DNA of 64,000 bases from Candidatus Poribacteria bacterium (GTDB lineage Bacteria > Poribacteria > WGA-4E > PCPOR2b). The stretch's first letter is position 1; every line of letters starts with the position of its first letter. The stretch is from positions 5,920,001 through 5,984,000 of the forward strand of contig OZ220744.1 of assembly GCA_965116925.1 (NCBI GenBank). The letters are read 5' to 3'. This document shows positions 49,978 to 60,660 of the stretch, one piece after another. Position numbers and translations under genes: made by a program. The notes beneath the pieces were generated by a model that saw only the letters and a list, made by a program, of their open reading frames with translations, had not been told where the DNA came from and made no database searches.

Positions 49978-52080
49978 TTATGCTTCTATACAGTGTATGA
50001 CCGCAACCTCCCAAGGTTCGACTGTGATTTGGAACGCATCATCTGTAATCGGCACATCACGATGAGCCAATAGGTCATGAGCATGGGCTGTTTTCCATTT
50101 GGGACGCAGGGTGACATGTACCTGTCGTGGTTCGAGGTTGAAGGCGAACAACAGCCGCCCTCCACGACGTGATTTTCGCACAATCGTTACCGCGCGATCT
50201 CCTTCGACAGATACCGTGGGGTGTACTCCAAATTCATCCGCCAGTCCAAGAACTAGGTCAGGCTGTCCCACATCGCCGAATCCTGCCGATAGCGTAAAGC
50301 CGAACCATGTGAAACGTCGATCCGCTGTCTGCACGGCTACGGTGTCACCGCCTAAAGATGCGATTGATTGAGTGTCGTTGTATGGTTCTAGGATAGCATA
50401 TCCGCACGGTGTCTGAATAGTCGTTTGCCCATAAGGGGTTTCGACGATATTCCGTCCACATTCGATGTCGTACGGTGTTACTGCTGAGAAGTCCGCTACC
50501 CGCACGCCGAAACGCTCGGCGAACCCTTCCGGTGGACGGTAGCTGGACTGCCCATCGGCGGAATACATGCCGAAACTTCCCTCCGCCATGAAATGCGTTT
50601 CTGGGCTCTCTTGCAATGTTCGTTCGATCCGTGCCTGTGTTTCTCCACTCATCAGTGTAACATTCGGCAGAAACAGGAGCCGGTATCCCGACCAGTCCAT
50701 CCGTGGTGTAATAACCTCCGCAGGGATGCCGTGGCTCCAAAGCGTCCGGTACACGCCACGCAGATCCGCTAAGAAGCGATCAGATTCATCGTTATAGCTG
50801 AAAAGTTCCTGCGATTCGGGGTGGTACACGATGCCTACGTCGGCGCGTGGACATTCCAGAGGTAGGTGTTCGGCGAGTCCTTCAATCTGCGCTATTGCAC
50901 CCGCTGCCGCATCGAAACGGGATGTCGGTTCACCGTCTAGTGCTACCAGGTTATAGCCGGGAGACTCGAAACTGAGATATTCAGGGCGATATTGCCAGAA
51001 CATCGTCCCCGCAGCACCGCACGCTAAGGTCATCCAGAGCAGCGTGGTTAGTTCTCGCGGGTCGGATTGCTTTTTCCACGTTACCCCGCCCCTCGACATA
51101 CCTGCGTAGATCTCTTCATTCCACCAGCGTCCGTTGCGTCCGGCACTCCGTGACCAGTCGAAACTGAACGCTCGATCTGCAATTTGATAAGGGTCATCCG
51201 ATGTGAGCAGATTGTTAGATGACATCGACATCCCCCAGCTGTCCACAATCCGCGCACATCGCTCATCCCATGGACGTGGCGACCAGCCGCCGTGTGATCT
51301 CACCTCATGATGGGGGTCAATCTCCTCGACTTCGTCCACCATCCACTGCAAGTGGTTTGCTAAGTTTTCGTAGTGAAATTCGCGGTAGAGCAGCATCTCG
51401 ACGACGTTCTGATCAGATCGTGGCGGTTCCACATCTTCCCAGCGGCGGTAGCGGCGTGAGAAACGGGTGTTGAGCGAATCCAGTGTGAATCGCTCGCGCA
51501 GCCACGCTTTGTACTTCGCAATTGTGTTTTCACAGTAACACGGGTAACCATCGCCATCCCGGTGCCAGACCGATGCCAGATTCACTCCATCCCAGAGCCC
51601 CCAGATTAACAGGTTGGATCGATCTTTATAGCGATGGACTACGTGGCGCAACAGGCCGCCGCCGTACTCGCGCCAAGCGGGATGGTCGTAGCAGTGGATC
51701 ATCGCACCTTGGGGATAAGCGGGGCCCGCGTCGGGCTCTGCCCGTTGCCCGCGGTGGTTGACAATCCGCATATCGGGATGCTCGCGGGTCAGCCACTCCG
51801 GACACGCGCCATGTGTCCCTAACACGATGTCGAGCCAGACGGACAATCCGTGTTTTTCTGCCAAGTCGAACATGTAGTCGAAGTCATCCAATTCGTAGAT
51901 GCCGGGACGCGGTTCCATCCAGTTCCAATAGGTAAAGCTGCGTACCACCCGAAAGCCTGCCGCGTTTAACCGGGCGAAGTCTGCGTCCCAGCAGTCGAGC
52001 TTGGGCGTAGGTGCACGGTAGTATTCTACCCCGACGGGAAATGGAGTTTTCGGATGTTCAAAACGTTTTGTGATGGGCAT
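49978..52080 (-). CDS. GH42-like beta-galactosidase
   Basis: GVEYY, WNWMEPRPG.Y, CYC, FWQYR, trimerisation-domain-like C-terminus. Confidence 0.85.
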   Translation of the reverse strand: MPITKRFEHPKTPFPVGVEYYRAPTPKLDCWDADFARLNAAGFRVVRSFTYWNWMEPRPGIYELDDFDYMFDLAEKHGLSVWLDIVLGTHGACPEWLTREHPDMRIVNHRGQRAEPDAGPAYPQGAMIHCYDHPAWREYGGGLLRHVVHRYKDRSNLLIWGLWDGVNLASVWHRDGDGYPCYCENTIAKYKAWLRERFTLDSLNTRFSRRYRRWEDVEPPRSDQNVVEMLLYREFHYENLANHLQWMVDEVEEIDPHHEVRSHGGWSPRPWDERCARIVDSWGMSMSSNNLLTSDDPYQIADRAFSFDWSRSAGRNGRWWNEEIYAGMSRGGVTWKKQSDPRELTTLLWMTLACGAAGTMFWQYRPEYLSFESPGYNLVALDGEPTSRFDAAAGAIAQIEGLAEHLPLECPRADVGIVYHPESQELFSYNDESDRFLADLRGVYRTLWSHGIPAEVITPRMDWSGYRLLFLPNVTLMSGETQARIERTLQESPETHFMAEGSFGMYSADGQSSYRPPEGFAERFGVRVADFSAVTPYDIECGRNIVETPYGQTTIQTPCGYAILEPYNDTQSIASLGGDTVAVQTADRRFTWFGFTLSAGFGDVGQPDLVLGLADEFGVHPTVSVEGDRAVTIVRKSRRGGRLLFAFNLEPRQVHVTLRPKWKTAHAHDLLAHRDVPITDDAFQITVEPWEVAVIHCIEA

Positions 52081-52122
52081 TTGGTATCTCCTCTGTACAA
52101 CCGATGATGTGAATATAAGTAC

Positions 52123-52230
52123 TATAGTGAATTCAAAAAATAAAGAAACACTTGCGCCACCCCTGTTTGGTAGGCGCTGTTTATAACTGCGCCGATTTGG
52201 AGTGTCTCATTAATTCTAAGGTCCACTATA
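52123..52230. mobile_element. TATAGT-ended MITE
   Basis: TATAGTGAATTCAAAAAATAAAGAAACACTTGCGCC shared with the 20067 copy; ends GTCCACTATA. Confidence 0.7.
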
Positions 52231-52401
52231 ATTGGGGTTACAGGACCGGCTATTTGTGCTGTTGACGGGGATTTGAATCTCTGCTATACTGAGCGAGATC
52301 AACGGTCGAGAATCTGCGCCGTCCATCGTTGCATTCGCATATTCAAACGGATGGATCCGGCGTCAATTTTAGCACGCTACACCCTTTAGGAGGAAGACAT
52401 T

Positions 52402-53067
52402 ATGAGACTCATCCTCGTCGGCTGTGAATACGCCGGTAAGACAACGTTAGCCAATGAAATTGTGAAATGGATTGACAGCACACTGGGTGGTGCTCGCGGT
52501 TTCCATGACCATTTTACCATCCCTTCTAATGAATTAACAGTGGAAGATCAAGATCAATTTGCCGCGCTGAGTCCGCGGCTCAAGGAGATGTTCCAGCGTT
52601 ATATCATTGAGTATCACCTTCAGCCCGCATTTTATGCGGATCCGGACCACAATATGACCGGTTTTCATATTGAGGAAGCGGTCTACGCGCCGTTGTATTA
52701 CGGCTACGGTGGCAAAGGTGAATACGCGGAGCGCACGACGTTAGCGCGGGCGGTGGAGAAAACGATTATGGAGGAAGCACCCGACACAGTGCTCATCCTA
52801 CTGACAGCGTCAGCGGAGGTCATTACACAACGGATGCGCGAAAATCCACAACCGCGCGGTGTCCTACAGGAGAAGGATATCGAGTATGTCCTGCAACGAT
52901 TCGAGGAGGAGTACCAAGCCTCGCTGATCCGTAGAAAATTTACTCTCGATACCACAACGGCGACTGTGGAGGAAACACTCGCTGAATTTGCCGAGCAGAT
53001 TGAGTTGTACCTGTCGGATACGGACCGCCTGCGCATGTTAGCGCATCAGGCTTTACACGGGAAATGA
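52402..53067 (+). CDS. P-loop nucleotide-kinase-like protein
   Basis: LILVGCEYAGKTT; lid-like TASAEVITQRM. Confidence 0.75.
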   Translation: MRLILVGCEYAGKTTLANEIVKWIDSTLGGARGFHDHFTIPSNELTVEDQDQFAALSPRLKEMFQRYIIEYHLQPAFYADPDHNMTGFHIEEAVYAPLYYGYGGKGEYAERTTLARAVEKTIMEEAPDTVLILLTASAEVITQRMRENPQPRGVLQEKDIEYVLQRFEEEYQASLIRRKFTLDTTTATVEETLAEFAEQIELYLSDTDRLRMLAHQALHGK

Positions 53068-53084
53068 GTTTAAAAGGAAAATCT

Positions 53085-53957
53085 ATGAAACGTCTGGCTT
53101 ATACAATCGTTGCGGCAGGTGTAGTTTTCTTGTGCATTGCTGCTTGGGCGCAAATGGATTTCGCAAGGATTAAAATTAAAACGACCCACGTTGCCGGTAA
53201 CATCTATATGCTGGAGGGGGCTGGGGGGAATATCGGTGCGTCGGTGGGACCGGACGGGATTCTGCTTGTTGACGATCAGTTTGCACCGTTGGCAGAAAAG
53301 ATTCGGAACGCACTCAAAGAATTGGGTGAGGGACAGTTAAAGTTTCTGATCAACACCCACTTTCACGGTGATCACACCGGCGGCAACGTCGTCTTCGGAA
53401 ATGAGGTGCCTATCATCTCTCACGCCAATGTCCGAAAACGCCTACAGATAGAATCCTCTCCCAAAGAAGCCTTGCCGGTTGTCACATTCGATGATTCGTT
53501 GTCTATCCACTTCAACGGTGAGGAGATCCGTGTTATTCACTTCCCGAATAGCCATACGGATGGCGACAGTGTCATTTTCTTCACCGGATCGAACGTGGTG
53601 CATATGGGAGATCTCTTCTTCTCCGGGCGATTTCCGTATGTTGATTTGAGCAACGGCGGAGATGTGAAGGGATTAATAAAGCATATTGAGAAACTCTTAG
53701 TCGAACTCCCGCCAGACGTAAAACTGATTCCGGGACACGGTCCACTATCGGATGTTGATGATCTCAGGACTTATCACCAGACGCTTGTAGCGACAACGGA
53801 GATAATTCGGGATCAGATAGAAGCAGGAAAAAGTTTGGAAGAAATTAAAGCGGCGGGACTTCCCAAAAAGTGGCGTTCGTGGGGAGCCGGTTTCATTTCG
53901 ACGGGGCGATGGATTGAAATTGTCCACCGGAGTCTAGCGAAAACAGATGACATTTAA
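53085..53957 (+). CDS. Secreted MBL-fold metallohydrolase
   Basis: THFHGDHTGGN, HTDGD, MGD, PGHG. Confidence 0.93.
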   Translation: MKRLAYTIVAAGVVFLCIAAWAQMDFARIKIKTTHVAGNIYMLEGAGGNIGASVGPDGILLVDDQFAPLAEKIRNALKELGEGQLKFLINTHFHGDHTGGNVVFGNEVPIISHANVRKRLQIESSPKEALPVVTFDDSLSIHFNGEEIRVIHFPNSHTDGDSVIFFTGSNVVHMGDLFFSGRFPYVDLSNGGDVKGLIKHIEKLLVELPPDVKLIPGHGPLSDVDDLRTYHQTLVATTEIIRDQIEAGKSLEEIKAAGLPKKWRSWGAGFISTGRWIEIVHRSLAKTDDI

Positions 53958-53962
53958 TACAA

Positions 53963-54028
53963 AACCGCAGATCCCATAGAACCTTGTAGGGAATGCCCCA
54001 TCGACATAGTTCTATGAAATCTGCGGTT
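53963..54028. terminator. Long inverted repeat between convergent genes
   Basis: AACCGCAGAT..CATAGAAC / GTTCTATG..ATCTGCGGTT. Confidence 0.5.
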
Positions 54029-54041
54029 CTTTGTAGTAGCT

Positions 54042-55433
54042 CTACAGGTTGTAGCCTCGTTCGTTGTGTAGTGCGAGGTCTAATCCTTCTTGTTCATCGT
54101 TGTATCTGACACGTAAACCAATCGCCCTATCAACAGCCTTGAGAATAATAAAGGAAACAATTCCGCTCCAAAGTATGGTTACGATGAGACTGACAAACTG
54201 ACTCCAAAGTTGTAAACCAATACTTTTGTCCATTCCCATTCCACCTAATCCTTCTGCGGCGAATATGCCGGTCATCAAGCATCCAACGATACCACCGATG
54301 CCGTGTACGCCAAAGGCATCAAGCGAATCGTCATATCCGAGCTTATGCTTGAGACTGGTTGCACCCCAGAAGCAGATCACACCTGAAGCGAGTCCGATAA
54401 CCAATGCGCCCATCGGTCCAACGCTGCCGGAGGCTGGTGTAATTGCCACAAGCCCTGCGACAGCACCGGTGACGATACCTAGCACGCTCGGCTTTTTGTA
54501 CTTTATCCACTCAATAAACATCCAAGCCAATGCGGCGGTGCCTGTGGAGATTTGTGTGACTAGCATCGCCATTCCTGCTGCACCATCAGCTGCCAAAGCA
54601 CTACCGGCATTAAAACCGAACCAGCCGACCCAGAGCATAGAAGCACCAATGACTGTTAAGGTCAAGTTATGGGGTGGCATGGGGGTCTCAGGATAGCCGT
54701 AGCGTTTGCCAATCATTAGGGCAGCGACAAGCGCCGCAACACCTGCGTTGACGTGCACCACAGTCCCACCGGCAAAATCGAGTGCGCCCAAAATATCTCC
54801 AAAGTATGAACCATCCCCAGCCCACGCCATGTGGCAGATTGGCGCGTACACAATTATAGACCAGATCCCCATGAACCAGAGCATAGCGGAGAATTTCATT
54901 CGTTCCGCAAAGGCACCCGCGATCAGGGCGGGGGTGATGATGGCAAAGGTCATCTGGAAGCAGATAAACACTGTTTCCGGGATAGTGCCTGATAAACTAT
55001 CCGCGTTCACACCCTGGAGGAAAACCTTGCCAAGCCCTCCAACGAATGAGTGGCCATTGGTTACTTTTGACATCATACCGGTTGTATCAAAGGCAATACT
55101 ATAGCCAATCACAATCCATATAACGGTAATCAGCCCGGTCAGCGTAAAACACTGCATCAATAGCGATAGCACATTTTTGGCACGCACCAGGCCGCCATAG
55201 AACAGGGCAAGACCGGGAATGGTCATGAACAGAACCAGTGCTGTTGCTGTGAGCAGCCAAGCGGTATCACCCGAATCAAGCGCGTCTTCAGCGAGAGCAA
55301 GTTTCGGGAGAGCTAAGAACATCAGTACAAACAGCATTCCCAGAACAGTTCTGGGTTTACCGTATCTTAAAAGCCTTATAGGTTTTACTATATGTTTCTG
55401 AAACCTAAACACACTCTGTGGTTGTTGGTGCAT
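54042..55433 (-). CDS. amt: Ammonium transporter (AmtB-like)
   Basis: PGLALFYGG, DFAGGTVVH, WFGFNAGS, DDSLDAFGVH. Confidence 0.97.
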   Translation of the reverse strand: MHQQPQSVFRFQKHIVKPIRLLRYGKPRTVLGMLFVLMFLALPKLALAEDALDSGDTAWLLTATALVLFMTIPGLALFYGGLVRAKNVLSLLMQCFTLTGLITVIWIVIGYSIAFDTTGMMSKVTNGHSFVGGLGKVFLQGVNADSLSGTIPETVFICFQMTFAIITPALIAGAFAERMKFSAMLWFMGIWSIIVYAPICHMAWAGDGSYFGDILGALDFAGGTVVHVNAGVAALVAALMIGKRYGYPETPMPPHNLTLTVIGASMLWVGWFGFNAGSALAADGAAGMAMLVTQISTGTAALAWMFIEWIKYKKPSVLGIVTGAVAGLVAITPASGSVGPMGALVIGLASGVICFWGATSLKHKLGYDDSLDAFGVHGIGGIVGCLMTGIFAAEGLGGMGMDKSIGLQLWSQFVSLIVTILWSGIVSFIILKAVDRAIGLRVRYNDEQEGLDLALHNERGYNL

Positions 55434-55678
55434 TTTTACCTCCATTTAGGTTTAGACGACCACTAACTGCCCCGATCAGATCGGGATTTCGCTACGCTCA
55501 GCTTGAAAATTGTTTCAAACTCCTTGTCAGGCAGTATAACACCCTCGGTTTCAAAAGTAAACAGAAATTTTTCGATTTTATTCAAATGGATGCCTTTGTC
55601 CACAAGGAGGAATTGATAAATTGATTGTATCTTGATAAGCATTCAGATGTAGCTTTTACCTGAACGCCTATCGATTTT

Positions 55679-57046
55679 CTAGTTAATAGAAGATATTGTA
55701 AAGTCTGGATACGCACTGGCACCGTGCTCACCATAATCCAACCCTTCTAACTCCTCTTCTTCGCTAGCGCGCAATCCAACAATCCTTTTGATACCATAAA
55801 ACAGGATAAAACCTGCTACCATACACCACGCAAAAACGGCAACAACTCCAATGAATTGGGCACCGAAGAACTTGAATGCTGCACCTTTATCCGCTGCATA
55901 GAGGATTCCTTGCTCGGTATGGAATAGCCCAAGCAGAAGCGTTCCCAAAGCACCGCAAACGCCGTGTACAGAAATCGCGCCAACTGGATCATCAATTCTC
56001 AGGCTTTCAATTATCAGGACCGAGAATACGACCACAATACCTGCAATTGCGCCAATGATTACTGCTGCCACTGGTGTAACAAACGCGCACGGTGCGGTAA
56101 TCGCAACGAGGCCGGCGAGTGCGCCGTTGAGTGCCATACCAGCATCGGGCTTCTTGAGTTTGAACCAAGCGGTTATCATGGCTAGAATTGCGCCTGCTGC
56201 GGCAGCAAGGTTTGTCGTTACAGCAATTAATGCAATAGGTTTTGCATCAGCTGCCATCTGGCTACCCGGATTAAATCCGAACCAGCCGAGCCATAGGATA
56301 AAGACACCGAGTGCTGCCAACGGTAGGTTATGTCCGGGAATCGGACGGGGAGTTCCGTTTGCGTCATACTTACCGGTGCGAGCACCGAGTACGATCGCGC
56401 CTGCTAAAGCGAGCCAACCACCCGTTGAGTGGACAACCGTTGAGCCTGCAAAATCCAACATTCCCATACTCGACAGCCAACCGCCTCCCCAGATCCAGTG
56501 CCCGACGATTGGGTAGATTAAACCGGTGATGAAAACGCTGTAAATCAGATAGCTTCTGAACTTTGTGCGTTCAGCCATCGCACCAGAGACGATTGTCGCT
56601 GCGGTGGCGGCAAAAACCAGCTGGAACAACCATGCAGCGAGCGTTGGGACGGAACTCCATTCCAGGGCGCTGAAACCTTTTGTTTCTCCGGAGACGAACC
56701 ATCCACTTAATCCCATGAAGCCGTTGCCATCGCCAAACATAATTGCGAATCCGATCGCCCAGTAAGCGATAGCCCCCATTGAGAAATCCATTAGGTTTTT
56801 CATCAGGATATTGACGGCGTTTTTCGCGCGGGTAAATCCCGCCTCAACCATGGAGAAGCCTGCTTGCATAAAGAAAACCAGAAAGGCAGCGACCAATACC
56901 CAGATGGTATCAGCAATATATTTTGAGGTTTCGATCTTTTCACCTTCAACGAAGCCGTCTAGGGCGAAAGCGTTCATACCTAGACATAGCGTCAAAATCA
57001 GAACAATTCCTGCAATTCTGTAATCATTCAGAAAGATTTTTTTCAT
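55679..57046 (-). CDS. amt: Ammonium transporter (second, divergent clade)
   Basis: FMQAGF, DFAGSTVVH, WFGFNPGS, DDPVGAISVH. Confidence 0.97.
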   Translation of the reverse strand: MKKIFLNDYRIAGIVLILTLCLGMNAFALDGFVEGEKIETSKYIADTIWVLVAAFLVFFMQAGFSMVEAGFTRAKNAVNILMKNLMDFSMGAIAYWAIGFAIMFGDGNGFMGLSGWFVSGETKGFSALEWSSVPTLAAWLFQLVFAATAATIVSGAMAERTKFRSYLIYSVFITGLIYPIVGHWIWGGGWLSSMGMLDFAGSTVVHSTGGWLALAGAIVLGARTGKYDANGTPRPIPGHNLPLAALGVFILWLGWFGFNPGSQMAADAKPIALIAVTTNLAAAAGAILAMITAWFKLKKPDAGMALNGALAGLVAITAPCAFVTPVAAVIIGAIAGIVVVFSVLIIESLRIDDPVGAISVHGVCGALGTLLLGLFHTEQGILYAADKGAAFKFFGAQFIGVVAVFAWCMVAGFILFYGIKRIVGLRASEEEELEGLDYGEHGASAYPDFTISSIN

Positions 57047-57190
57047 TTTTGTCTCCTTATTAAGAGGCACCCGCGTCGGCGTATTGTAAATTATCCGTAA
57101 AGCGGAGGAAAGATTAACGAGAGGTTGTAGCCGCTTGGATCGTTTATCTTTCCGATGCCAAAGACTAAATCTTTATGCTAATGACCGTAG

Positions 57191-57205
57191 GCAAGAAAGA
57201 TGCCA
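57191..57205 (-). promoter_or_regulatory. Sigma54 -24/-12 promoter of amt
   Basis: Minus strand TGGCATCTTTCTTGC. Confidence 0.8.
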
Positions 57206-57315
57206 GTGGTTAATGAGGATATTTTTTCTAGCGGCGCAAACAGTTGAAAGACAGAGACAACGGCGTTATGACAGGATTTTTTGAAATGATTGGCTGTGTA
57301 ATGTTCCTCCCAAAG

Positions 57316-57378
57316 TGCTAATACATTTTTTAGCAATCTGCTGAAAATTTAGGCAGCGAATCACCTGAATTTCAGGCA
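57316..57378. promoter_or_regulatory. Candidate NtrC-type enhancer sites
   Basis: TGCTGAAAATTTAGGCA (57339-57355) and CACCTGAATTTCAGGCA (57362-57378), 130-170 bp upstream of the sigma54 site. Confidence 0.55.
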
Positions 57379-57467
57379 AATGCATCTGATGCTAATCTTG
57401 TCTGCTTGATCTTGACTTTACATTGTATGGGTGCTTTAGGTATAATTGATTGACGCAGTTGGTTCAT

Positions 57468-58772
57468 CAACTTCTTAGCAGTGGAAGCCCCGTCCTTTAG
57501 GACGGGGAGGAAACTGCGCCTCCTTTTTTGATAGATTCAAAACATTGATTATGAAAAAGACTTATGAATACAGAGCCTATCCAACAGTCAAGCAATCGAA
57601 TAAATTAGTCGCATGGCTTGAAATCCTTCGCAACTTGTATAATCAAGCACTTGCATGGCGTAAGCAAACCTACGAACAGACCGGTCAGTCCGTTAAGAAA
57701 TCAACCCAAGAAAAAGCCTTAACGCCGTTTCGCCAAGAATCAGACACAGTCGCATCGCTTCATATTGATGTTTTGCAGGATACGATTGACCGATTAGACA
57801 AAGCCTATCAATCGTTTTTTCGCCGTGGTAAGAATAGCGACAAGACCGGCTTCCCACGCTTCAAAGGTGCCGGGCGGTATCGGTCAATGACGTTTAAGCA
57901 CTTGGCGAAACAGTTAATACGCGATATTCGCAAGCGGACAGCGCGAGTCGTCGTGCCGAAAATCGGTCATGTTAAAATCCATTACCACCGGCCGTTGCCC
58001 GACGGGAAAATTAAGACATTGACGGTACGGCGTAAAGCAAGTGGGTGGTATGTATGTATAGTCGTTGAGATTGCAGACCCTGTTGAGATTCCCGTTGAAA
58101 CCACAATCGGGATAGACGTAGGACTGAAATCCTTCCTGACCACCTCAGATGGTGATAAAGTCGCCAACCCTCGGCACTTCCGTCGGTCAGAAAAGAGACT
58201 TGGTAAAGCACAACGGATATTGTCCCGTCGTGACAAAGGCAGTGTCCGCTATGAGAAACAACGGGGGCATGTTGCCAAGATACATGAACATATCGGCAAT
58301 CAACGTCGTGATTTTCAGGGTAAGACCGCTCATTGGTTGTTTTGCCAATGCGAAGAGGTCGCTGTTGAAGACCTGAAAATCAAGAACATGGTAAAGAATA
58401 AGCATCTATCTAAGAGCATATCTGACGCTGGCTGGGGTAGCTTTCGATTAAGACTTCAGAGCAAAGCTGCAAACGCTGGCTTGACGTTGACGAAAGTTGA
58501 CCCCAAGCACACCAGTCAGAAATGCTCAGGTTGTGATGCGGTTGTACCCAAATCGTTATCAGAACGTGTCCATGACTGTCCCCATTGTGGGCGGGTATTA
58601 GACCGGGACCATAACGCTGCGATAAATATTAAAAAGGCTGCTGTAGCCTTGCGTGAAGGTGTGTCGGTGGTGAACGACCCCGAAACCCCCTGTTTGGGGA
58701 CAGAAGCGCGGAACTCAATAAGACCCATTGGACGGACAAACAAGACCCGTCCTTTAGGGCGGGGTAACTGAC
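57468..58772 (+). mobile_element. TnpB-only IS200/IS605 element (IS1341-like) with both end hairpins
   Basis: LE GAAG-CCCCGTCC-TTTA-GGACGGGG; RE CAAG-ACCCGTCC-TTTA-GGGCGGGG-TAACTGAC. Confidence 0.88.
57551..58771 (+). CDS. tnpB: RNA-guided endonuclease TnpB
   Basis: YEYRAYPT, GFPRFK, GIDVG, VEDL, TSQKCSGC, CPHC, DRDHNAAINI. Confidence 0.96.
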   Translation: MKKTYEYRAYPTVKQSNKLVAWLEILRNLYNQALAWRKQTYEQTGQSVKKSTQEKALTPFRQESDTVASLHIDVLQDTIDRLDKAYQSFFRRGKNSDKTGFPRFKGAGRYRSMTFKHLAKQLIRDIRKRTARVVVPKIGHVKIHYHRPLPDGKIKTLTVRRKASGWYVCIVVEIADPVEIPVETTIGIDVGLKSFLTTSDGDKVANPRHFRRSEKRLGKAQRILSRRDKGSVRYEKQRGHVAKIHEHIGNQRRDFQGKTAHWLFCQCEEVAVEDLKIKNMVKNKHLSKSISDAGWGSFRLRLQSKAANAGLTLTKVDPKHTSQKCSGCDAVVPKSLSERVHDCPHCGRVLDRDHNAAINIKKAAVALREGVSVVNDPETPCLGTEARNSIRPIGRTNKTRPLGRGN

Positions 58773-58785
58773 TCTAGGAGGGATC

Positions 58786-59775
58786 ATGAATCAGTTGGTA
58801 AAAGTTGGTTTTGTTGGAACAGGCGGCATCGCAAATAGCCATCTCCGTAACCTTGCAGAGATGGAAAATGTGCGTATCGCAGCCCTTTGTGATATTGATG
58901 AAGCACGCGTAAACGCAGCAGTCGAAACCTACGGCGGACAGGCGTATACAGATTACCACAAGATGTTTGATGGGGTGGATCTGGATGCTGTCTATTTCTG
59001 TCTGCCTCCTTTCGCGCACTCTGACGCAGAGATAATCGCAGCAGAGAGAGGATTTCACCTGCTTGTGCAGAAGCCGGTTGTGCTAGAACTTGAGACCGGG
59101 CTCCGCATTATGGAAACGATTGAGAAATCAGGTGTGATCTCCTGTGTGGGCTATCAAGGGCGGTACAGCAATGTTGCAACCGCTGCGCGCGATTTTCTCA
59201 AGGATAAAACCATCGGCATGGTGGCTTGCCATCGCTGGGGAGGTGTCCCTGGGGGACCGAACCATTGGTGGCGTATGATGGAGAAATCGGGTGGGATGCT
59301 TCATGAGCAGGCGACTCACCAGCTCGATATGATTCGGTACACCGCCGGTGAAATTGTCGAGGTCTATAAGATTGATGCCATGCAGATTAATGTTGATCAG
59401 GAGAACCATACAATCCCTGATGCGGAGGTGGTCACGCTTCAGTTTGAGAGCGGAGCAGTTGGCTACATCTCGACCAGTTCTGCATTGATTAATGGTGGTG
59501 GGGGTACGCACACCGATTTTATCGTCGAGGGGCACTACACTGTTCAGCTCGGTTGGGGTGAGGTGCGAATTGTTCCCGAAGATGCGGCAACCATTGAAGT
59601 ATCTGATGAACAACCCTTCTCAATTGATGAAGCGTTTATCCAAGCGATTCAGACGGGCAATCAATCGGTTATCCGGTCCTCCTATACGGATGGACTTAAA
59701 TCAGCAGCGATATCAATTGCTGCGAACCAGTCATCGCGTGAGGGCAGACCGGTGCGTGTGCCGACGATCTCGTAG
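58786..59775 (+). CDS. Gfo/Idh/MocA oxidoreductase
   Basis: VGFVGTGGIA, QKP (EKP-like), SGGMLHEQATHQLD. Confidence 0.93.
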   Translation: MNQLVKVGFVGTGGIANSHLRNLAEMENVRIAALCDIDEARVNAAVETYGGQAYTDYHKMFDGVDLDAVYFCLPPFAHSDAEIIAAERGFHLLVQKPVVLELETGLRIMETIEKSGVISCVGYQGRYSNVATAARDFLKDKTIGMVACHRWGGVPGGPNHWWRMMEKSGGMLHEQATHQLDMIRYTAGEIVEVYKIDAMQINVDQENHTIPDAEVVTLQFESGAVGYISTSSALINGGGGTHTDFIVEGHYTVQLGWGEVRIVPEDAATIEVSDEQPFSIDEAFIQAIQTGNQSVIRSSYTDGLKSAAISIAANQSSREGRPVRVPTIS

Positions 59776-59817
59776 GAAAAAAATTGTATAGGGAAAATGT
59801 AATAACGGAGGTAACGG

Positions 59818-60660
59818 ATGATTATTGATACACATACACATTTCTATGATCCAACACGGTCCGAAGGTGTGCCTTGGCCTGATCCTGATGATGATGTGCT
59901 TTATCGCCCTGTGTACCCGGAGCACCACAAGGCACTTGCGATCCCTGAAGGTGTGACGGGGACTGTTGTTGTTGAGGCGAGCACATGGGTTGAGGATAAT
60001 CAGTGGATACTTGACCTTGCGGAAAATGAACCGTTTATCGTTGGATTCGTTGGGAATTTGGACATAGGTTCGCCGGATTTTGAGAGTAACCTTGAACGCT
60101 ATGCTGCGAATCCACTTTTCCGAGGTGTACGGCTTCGCGGGGTGGATATCGGAGAGGTTGTGAGTGGTGGGAATCTGGCGAACATTGAGATGTTTGCTGC
60201 GAAGGATTTATCGGTAGATCTTTTATCGTCGCCAGATGCTTTACCGAGTGTCGCCGCACTGGCAGCACAAATCCCCGAACTACGTATTGTCATTAACCAT
60301 GTCGCCGGTGTGTCTATTGATGGAAAGGCACCAGATGCGGCGTGGGTTGAAGGGATGCAGATGGCGGCGGCAAACCCGCATGTCTACTGTAAGGTTTCAG
60401 GGTTGGTGGAGAATACGAAAGACACACCTTCACCTACTGATGTGGCGTACTATGCGCCGACAGTGGATGTGTTGTGGGATGCGTTTGGAACGCATCGGTT
60501 GGTCTACGGAAGCAATTGGCCCGTATCGGAACGTTTTGCCGACTATGCGACGGTGCAACGAATCGTATCCCAATACTTCAATGCGAAGGGAGTCGTCGCT
60601 ACTGAGAAGTATTTTTGGAGGAATGCCACGGCGGCATACAAGTGGTTGGATCGGGGATGA
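59818..60660 (+). CDS. Amidohydrolase_2 (sugar lactonase-like)
   Basis: IDTHTHF, VINH, CKVSG, YGSNWP. Confidence 0.92.
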   Translation: MIIDTHTHFYDPTRSEGVPWPDPDDDVLYRPVYPEHHKALAIPEGVTGTVVVEASTWVEDNQWILDLAENEPFIVGFVGNLDIGSPDFESNLERYAANPLFRGVRLRGVDIGEVVSGGNLANIEMFAAKDLSVDLLSSPDALPSVAALAAQIPELRIVINHVAGVSIDGKAPDAAWVEGMQMAAANPHVYCKVSGLVENTKDTPSPTDVAYYAPTVDVLWDAFGTHRLVYGSNWPVSERFADYATVQRIVSQYFNAKGVVATEKYFWRNATAAYKWLDRG

